This document shows positions 59,860 through 64,000 of a stretch of 64,000 nt of DNA, piece by piece. The stretch is taken from contig CAWDEM010000008.1 in NCBI GenBank assembly GCA_963801355.1, forward strand, positions 2,272,001 through 2,336,000, in the 5' to 3' direction. A model generated the notes under the pieces. The model was not told the origin of the DNA. It did not search any database and saw only the letters and a program-made list of their open reading frames with translations. This stretch comes from Ignavibacteriota bacterium (GTDB lineage Bacteria; Bacteroidota; Ignavibacteria; UBA10030; UBA6906). The position numbers and the translations under genes were made by a program. Numbering within the stretch: the stretch's first letter is position 1; every line of letters starts with the position of its first letter.

Positions 59860-60689
59860 GCGGACATCACCGCCGAACAGTAGCCGACAACGCTGTGGTG
59901 GTCGCCGGTGACCTGGCCGGAATTCGTGTGCGCCAGTATCCGCAGTCGATGCGCACCAAGTGCACGCGCGGCGATCATCACCGCAACTACGGGTCCTCCG
60001 CCACATGCCTCCGCACGGCCTTCCTCTATGTCAGTCATGAGCCGGTCCGGTTCGAATTTTTCCAGATCGGCGAGAACAATGCCATCCCGGCGGTCGGCTT
60101 CCGGCGCGGCATAGAAATGCGAAAGGTCCGTGCTCGCCACAAGAAGACTCCGCTCATTCCGCAAGAGGTCGCCGAGTTCTTCGCCCAGAGTGTAGCAGGT
60201 CTCCCTGGACTGATCCCCCATGACGAGGGGCAGCAAAAGGAAATTGCCCAGGGCCTTCTGCAGAAAGGGTACATGGACTTCCACCGCATGTTCCGCACCA
60301 TGCCCGGCAACGGAAGCCTTCACTACGCCGGACAACGTCAGAAGCCGCTCTCTCAGCGCAGTAGCGATCGAGACCTGTCCGAGAGGAGTTTCATACGCGT
60401 CCCCGGGGTAGATAGAAACCCCCGAGAAGTACTCTCTATGGCTTGGTGAGACGACAACGACCGATGAGAACGAACATCCCTTCACGAGGGAATAGGCGGC
60501 AGCTGCCGTTTGACCGGAATACACGTACCCTGCATGGGGAACAATGAGGGCGATGGGTTTCTCCCGCGAAGCCGTGGACGGCGCCTGTCCCAGCATGGCC
60601 TCGATGTCCCCCGAGAGCTCCGCCGGGGAGCCCGGATAGAACATCCCCGAAACGGCCGCCTTGCGTACGGAATCAGGAAGACGCGTCAT
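59856..60689 (-). CDS. amrB: AmmeMemoRadiSam system protein B (Memo family)
   Basis: AVSGMFYP, PHAGYVYSG, EHAVEVHVPFLQ, ASTDLSHF, ACG, VVGY. Confidence 0.92.
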   Translation of the reverse strand: MTRLPDSVRKAAVSGMFYPGSPAELSGDIEAMLGQAPSTASREKPIALIVPHAGYVYSGQTAAAAYSLVKGCSFSSVVVVSPSHREYFSGVSIYPGDAYETPLGQVSIATALRERLLTLSGVVKASVAGHGAEHAVEVHVPFLQKALGNFLLLPLVMGDQSRETCYTLGEELGDLLRNERSLLVASTDLSHFYAAPEADRRDGIVLADLEKFEPDRLMTDIEEGRAEACGGGPVVAVMIAARALGAHRLRILAHTNSGQVTGDHHSVVGYCSAVMSA

Positions 60690-61269
60690 GGGATTTCTCA
60701 CTCTCTTCGAAGACAACGGCGGAAAAAACGTACAGCTTGGTCATCTCGTCCCGCCACGCTCCAGAGGGAACTCCGGCTTTCCGTGCCACATTGTCCAGAA
60801 ATTCTTCTCTCCCCCAACCATATTCTGTTGCAACCTGGGGTAAAAGCAAGCCCCTGTGCCACCCGTGTTCCAACAGCAGACCGTGCGTGCCGACGACAAT
60901 TTCTTCGATGGACTTGATGCGTTTCATCGGCGAGAGCACCGAAATCTCGATATGCACCCGCCGGAACTCATCCGGTGTGAGCGGCGGAAAGCGGGGATCC
61001 TCAAACGCTGCTTTCTCGGCGACTTCATCGATGACACTGGAGAGGGGGTCCGAGGACTCGATGTAACCGATGCAGCCCCGTAGATTATGGTCGATGCGCA
61101 GTGTGACGAATGCGCCTGCCGGTTCGGCAAGCACGCCGTTGAGCGCCCCCTCGAACGCTGTGGCGCTCCTTGCAGCCGGTACGGCCTCCGGATACCGCTG
61201 GTGCAACGCCCGGGCAACCGAAACCCTGGCAATGTCCAGCGCGGCAAGACGCTCTTCTGCACTCAGCAT
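60673..61269 (-). CDS. amrA: AmmeMemoRadiSam system protein A (AMMECR1 family)
   Basis: GAFVTL..LRGCIG, AAFEDPRF, EISVLSP, GLLLPQVA, KAG. Confidence 0.93.
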   Translation of the reverse strand: MLSAEERLAALDIARVSVARALHQRYPEAVPAARSATAFEGALNGVLAEPAGAFVTLRIDHNLRGCIGYIESSDPLSSVIDEVAEKAAFEDPRFPPLTPDEFRRVHIEISVLSPMKRIKSIEEIVVGTHGLLLEHGWHRGLLLPQVATEYGWGREEFLDNVARKAGVPSGAWRDEMTKLYVFSAVVFEESEKSHDASS

Positions 61270-61407
61270 GGCGAAGTGTTCCTCATAATCATGGAAACGT
61301 AATCAAAACCGTCAAGACTTGCAACCAACCCCGAAATCGTCATATTGCTTCTGTGCGCGGGCTTCAGTAGATTCTCACGAGTTTTTTTCACCAGGGAGCG
61401 AAAAATT

Positions 61408-62814
61408 ATGTCTCTGATGGTAAGTATATCAGGAATCCGCGGGGTCATCGGCGAAACGCTCACCCCCGAAGTTATCACGCGCTATGCCTCAGCGTATGTC
61501 GCTTATTGCCGTCGCAAGACAATCACCCCGCCGGTTATCGTGGTCGGAGGGGACGGGCGCATCACCGGGAAACCCGTGACCGATATCCTCTGCGCGGCAC
61601 TTCGCCTGGCAGGCGCACATGTCGTCAATATCGGCATTTGCCCGACTCCGACGGTGCAGCTGGCGGTGGAACACGAACACGCAGGGGGAGGCATTGCCGT
61701 GACCGCAAGTCACAACCCCATGCAATGGAATGGATTGAAATTCATGGCTGCGTCCGGACTGTTTCTGGATCCCGCCGAAAACGCGGAGTTCTGGAAGCTG
61801 GCGTCGGAAACTCCGCACTATCAGCCATGGGATGCAATCGGCAGCGAAGAGGTCAATACCTCATGGCTCCAACGCCATATCGCCCTCGTACTGGATCTGC
61901 CCCTGCTCCGGACCGACATCATCCGGCGACGGCATTTTCACGTTGTGCTCGACTGCGTCAATGCCGCGGGAGGAATGATCGTGCCTGCGCTCTTGCGTGA
62001 GCTCGGATGTGACGTCGAGGAGATGAACTGTGAAGTGGGAGGGGTCTTCAAACACACGCCCGAACCCATCCCGGAGAACCTCACCGGTCTGGCAGCGAGG
62101 GTCGCCGCGTCACATGCCGACCTGGGCATCGCCGTGGATCCCGATGTTGACCGGCTCGTCCTCATCAATGAACGCGGGGAGCCATACGGCGAGGAGTATA
62201 CAATCGCCACTGCAGTGGATTTTGTCCTGAAACAACAGCAACGCTTCGGTGCTCCGCCGGCGGCCCCGCGTGTCGTCATCAACCTTTCCACCACCCGCGC
62301 GGTCGAAGACATCGCCCGCCGCTACGGAGCGGAGGTCGTGCGGACGCCGGTAGGAGAAATCAACGTCGCCGCAAGGATTCGTGACATCGGCGCGGTCATC
62401 GGTGGCGAAGGGAGCGGCGGAGTAATTCTCCCGGCCGTCCACCTCGGCCGCGACGCCATCGTCGGCATCGGCCTTGTCCTTCAGCACCTCGCGGAGTCTG
62501 GAGGGACGCTCAGCCAGTTGAAGGCATCACTCCCGCAGTACGCAATCGCCAAAGGCAAGCTTGAGCTCCGCGGAGTCGCCCCCGACGAAGTGCTCGCCAC
62601 GATGAAATCGCGGCATGCCTCAAAAGGCAAGATCAACACGGATGACGGGATCCGCATCGATTATCCCGAATACTGGGTCCATTTGCGGAAATCCAACACC
62701 GAACCGATCATCCGGATTATCGCCGAGGCGTCAACCCCGGAACACGCCCGGAACGTCGTGAGCGCATTTCGCGACGAGATCTCGGGACTTATGGGTCCAT
62801 CCCGTACATCCTGA
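61408..62814 (+). CDS. glmM: Phosphoglucosamine mutase / phosphohexomutase
   Basis: SISGIRG, TASHNP, DPDVDR, GGEGSGG, RKSNTEP; substrate assignment tentative. Confidence 0.8.
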   Translation: MSLMVSISGIRGVIGETLTPEVITRYASAYVAYCRRKTITPPVIVVGGDGRITGKPVTDILCAALRLAGAHVVNIGICPTPTVQLAVEHEHAGGGIAVTASHNPMQWNGLKFMAASGLFLDPAENAEFWKLASETPHYQPWDAIGSEEVNTSWLQRHIALVLDLPLLRTDIIRRRHFHVVLDCVNAAGGMIVPALLRELGCDVEEMNCEVGGVFKHTPEPIPENLTGLAARVAASHADLGIAVDPDVDRLVLINERGEPYGEEYTIATAVDFVLKQQQRFGAPPAAPRVVINLSTTRAVEDIARRYGAEVVRTPVGEINVAARIRDIGAVIGGEGSGGVILPAVHLGRDAIVGIGLVLQHLAESGGTLSQLKASLPQYAIAKGKLELRGVAPDEVLATMKSRHASKGKINTDDGIRIDYPEYWVHLRKSNTEPIIRIIAEASTPEHARNVVSAFRDEISGLMGPSRTS

Positions 62815-63938
62815 CGCGTATCGCATCGCACCATGACATCCTTGTCCTCTCCCGCATTCCCGGCGTCGGTCCCGCCCGCCTCCGTTCGCTGGTGGCCCAT
62901 TTCAAAGACACCGCTGCCATTTTTCGGGCTTCCCCGCGAGACCTGATCAGGGCAGAAGGTGTGGATCGCCGCACGGCCCTTTCCATAGTATCATCGTTGC
63001 GTCACGGAGTTCCCCGGGAATCGGCCGCGTATGCCGCCGACCAGCTCCGGCGTCTTGAAAAGGCCGGCGGCAGGATGGTGACACTCTGGGACGCTGAGTA
63101 CCCGGGACTCCTGAAAAGCATCTATGACCCCCCTCCCTTTCTCTTCCTCGTCGGCGCTCTGGACCCCCGTGCTGCCGCCGTAGCCGTTGTCGGCACACGC
63201 AACCCGAGCGCGTACGGCATGCGTGTGGCGGAACGTTTCGCCATGGACCTCGCCTCAAGGGGAATCACCATCGTGAGCGGACTGGCCCGCGGCGTCGATA
63301 CCGTCGCACACGGCTCTGCTCTCAAAGCAGGCGGCCGGACGATCGCCATCATCGGTTCCGGCATCGATATCATCTACCCCACGGAAAATACCGGACTCGC
63401 CCACCGTATCTGCGCCAAAGGCGCACTGGTCTCCGAGTTTGCCATGGGCACCAAGCCAGATGCCATGAATTTCCCCCAGCGCAACCGCATCATTAGTGGT
63501 ATGAGTCTGGGCACCGTCGTCGTCGAGACCGGCGTCGAAGGCGGTGCAATGATCACCGCGAGACTTGCCCTTGATCAGAACCGTGAGGTGTTCGCTGTTC
63601 CCTCTCCCGTCACTCCCGGAGGACGGTCCGGCACCAACCTGTTGATCCGCGAAGGGAATGCCACGCTCATTGAAACCGCCGATGACGTGCTCCGGGAACT
63701 CGCGCCGAGGCTCACGGGCTTCGTCACCGGTCTTCCCGATCCCCCTCCCTCGCCGCTGCCTCCCCTTACCCTGTTCGAGCAGAAGGTCCTCGACATCCTG
63801 ACCGATCATCCACAACACATCGATCTCGTTGCCGGGCGCTCGGGATTCACCACCGCGGAAGCGCTGGTCCACCTGCTTGCTCTCGAATTTAAGGGGGGCG
63901 CGCGGCAGCTTCCCGGGAAGTTCTTTCTGAGGGCCTGA
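62811..63938 (+). CDS. dprA: DNA-processing protein DprA; start uncertain (first canonical in-frame start is GTG at 62892)
   Basis: AVVGTR, IVSGLARGVDT, FPQRNRIISG, GAMITA, REVFAVP; in-frame upstream LSRIPGVGPARLR. Confidence 0.9.
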   Translation: MTRIASHHDILVLSRIPGVGPARLRSLVAHFKDTAAIFRASPRDLIRAEGVDRRTALSIVSSLRHGVPRESAAYAADQLRRLEKAGGRMVTLWDAEYPGLLKSIYDPPPFLFLVGALDPRAAAVAVVGTRNPSAYGMRVAERFAMDLASRGITIVSGLARGVDTVAHGSALKAGGRTIAIIGSGIDIIYPTENTGLAHRICAKGALVSEFAMGTKPDAMNFPQRNRIISGMSLGTVVVETGVEGGAMITARLALDQNREVFAVPSPVTPGGRSGTNLLIREGNATLIETADDVLRELAPRLTGFVTGLPDPPPSPLPPLTLFEQKVLDILTDHPQHIDLVAGRSGFTTAEALVHLLALEFKGGARQLPGKFFLRA

Positions 63939-64000
63939 GTTGTTTTCTTTCTCGCCAAAAATCGCTATACTTATTGTGGTATGATTGTTGTGGGCAATAC

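Noticed and set aside
1-64000. CRISPR array, prophage, IS element, integrase, reverse transcriptase, tRNA or rRNA
   Set aside because: No spaced repeats or hallmark motifs seen; intergenic gaps are all under about 160 bp.
63939-64000. AT-rich end with TATACT as a promoter for the next gene
   Set aside because: No clear -35 box, and the downstream gene is outside the window.

Overview
GC-rich bacterial chromosomal segment, inferred to come from an Ignavibacteria-like FCB-group organism (T9SS C-terminal domains of the NYPNPFNP type, PorV/PorQ barrels, a GWxTD protein, homodimeric-type GlyRS, canonical sigma70 promoters). A roughly 29 kb accessory block (1511-30850) sits between cinA and thpR in the pgpA-cinA-thpR-recA-recX gene order. 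It is a glycan-utilisation locus with no SusD gene. It encodes a URO-D/MtaA-like protein, a FadR regulator with a palindromic candidate operator, a TonB-dependent receptor, a secreted FN3-like protein with a variant CTD, a locus-specific PorV/PorQ barrel, three divergent GH38-like enzymes with different targeting signals, a sugar ABC transporter without an ATPase gene, a lipoprotein-like CTD protein, an unassigned GH-like enzyme, an esterase, an atypical ROK kinase, a long PMI-like cupin, Lgt and a DUF4185/DUF5005-like protein. The rest (30.9-64 kb) is mostly housekeeping: recA/recX, prs-rplY-pth-rpsF-rpsR-rplI, korAB, nrnA, pepA, pdxA, ftsE, Mrp/NifU, kbl, rsmB, rpmE, porQ, glyQS, rmlA, amrAB, glmM, dprA. 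I found no tRNA, rRNA, CRISPR array, integrase or transposase. All family calls come from motif recognition by eye; no database searches were run.
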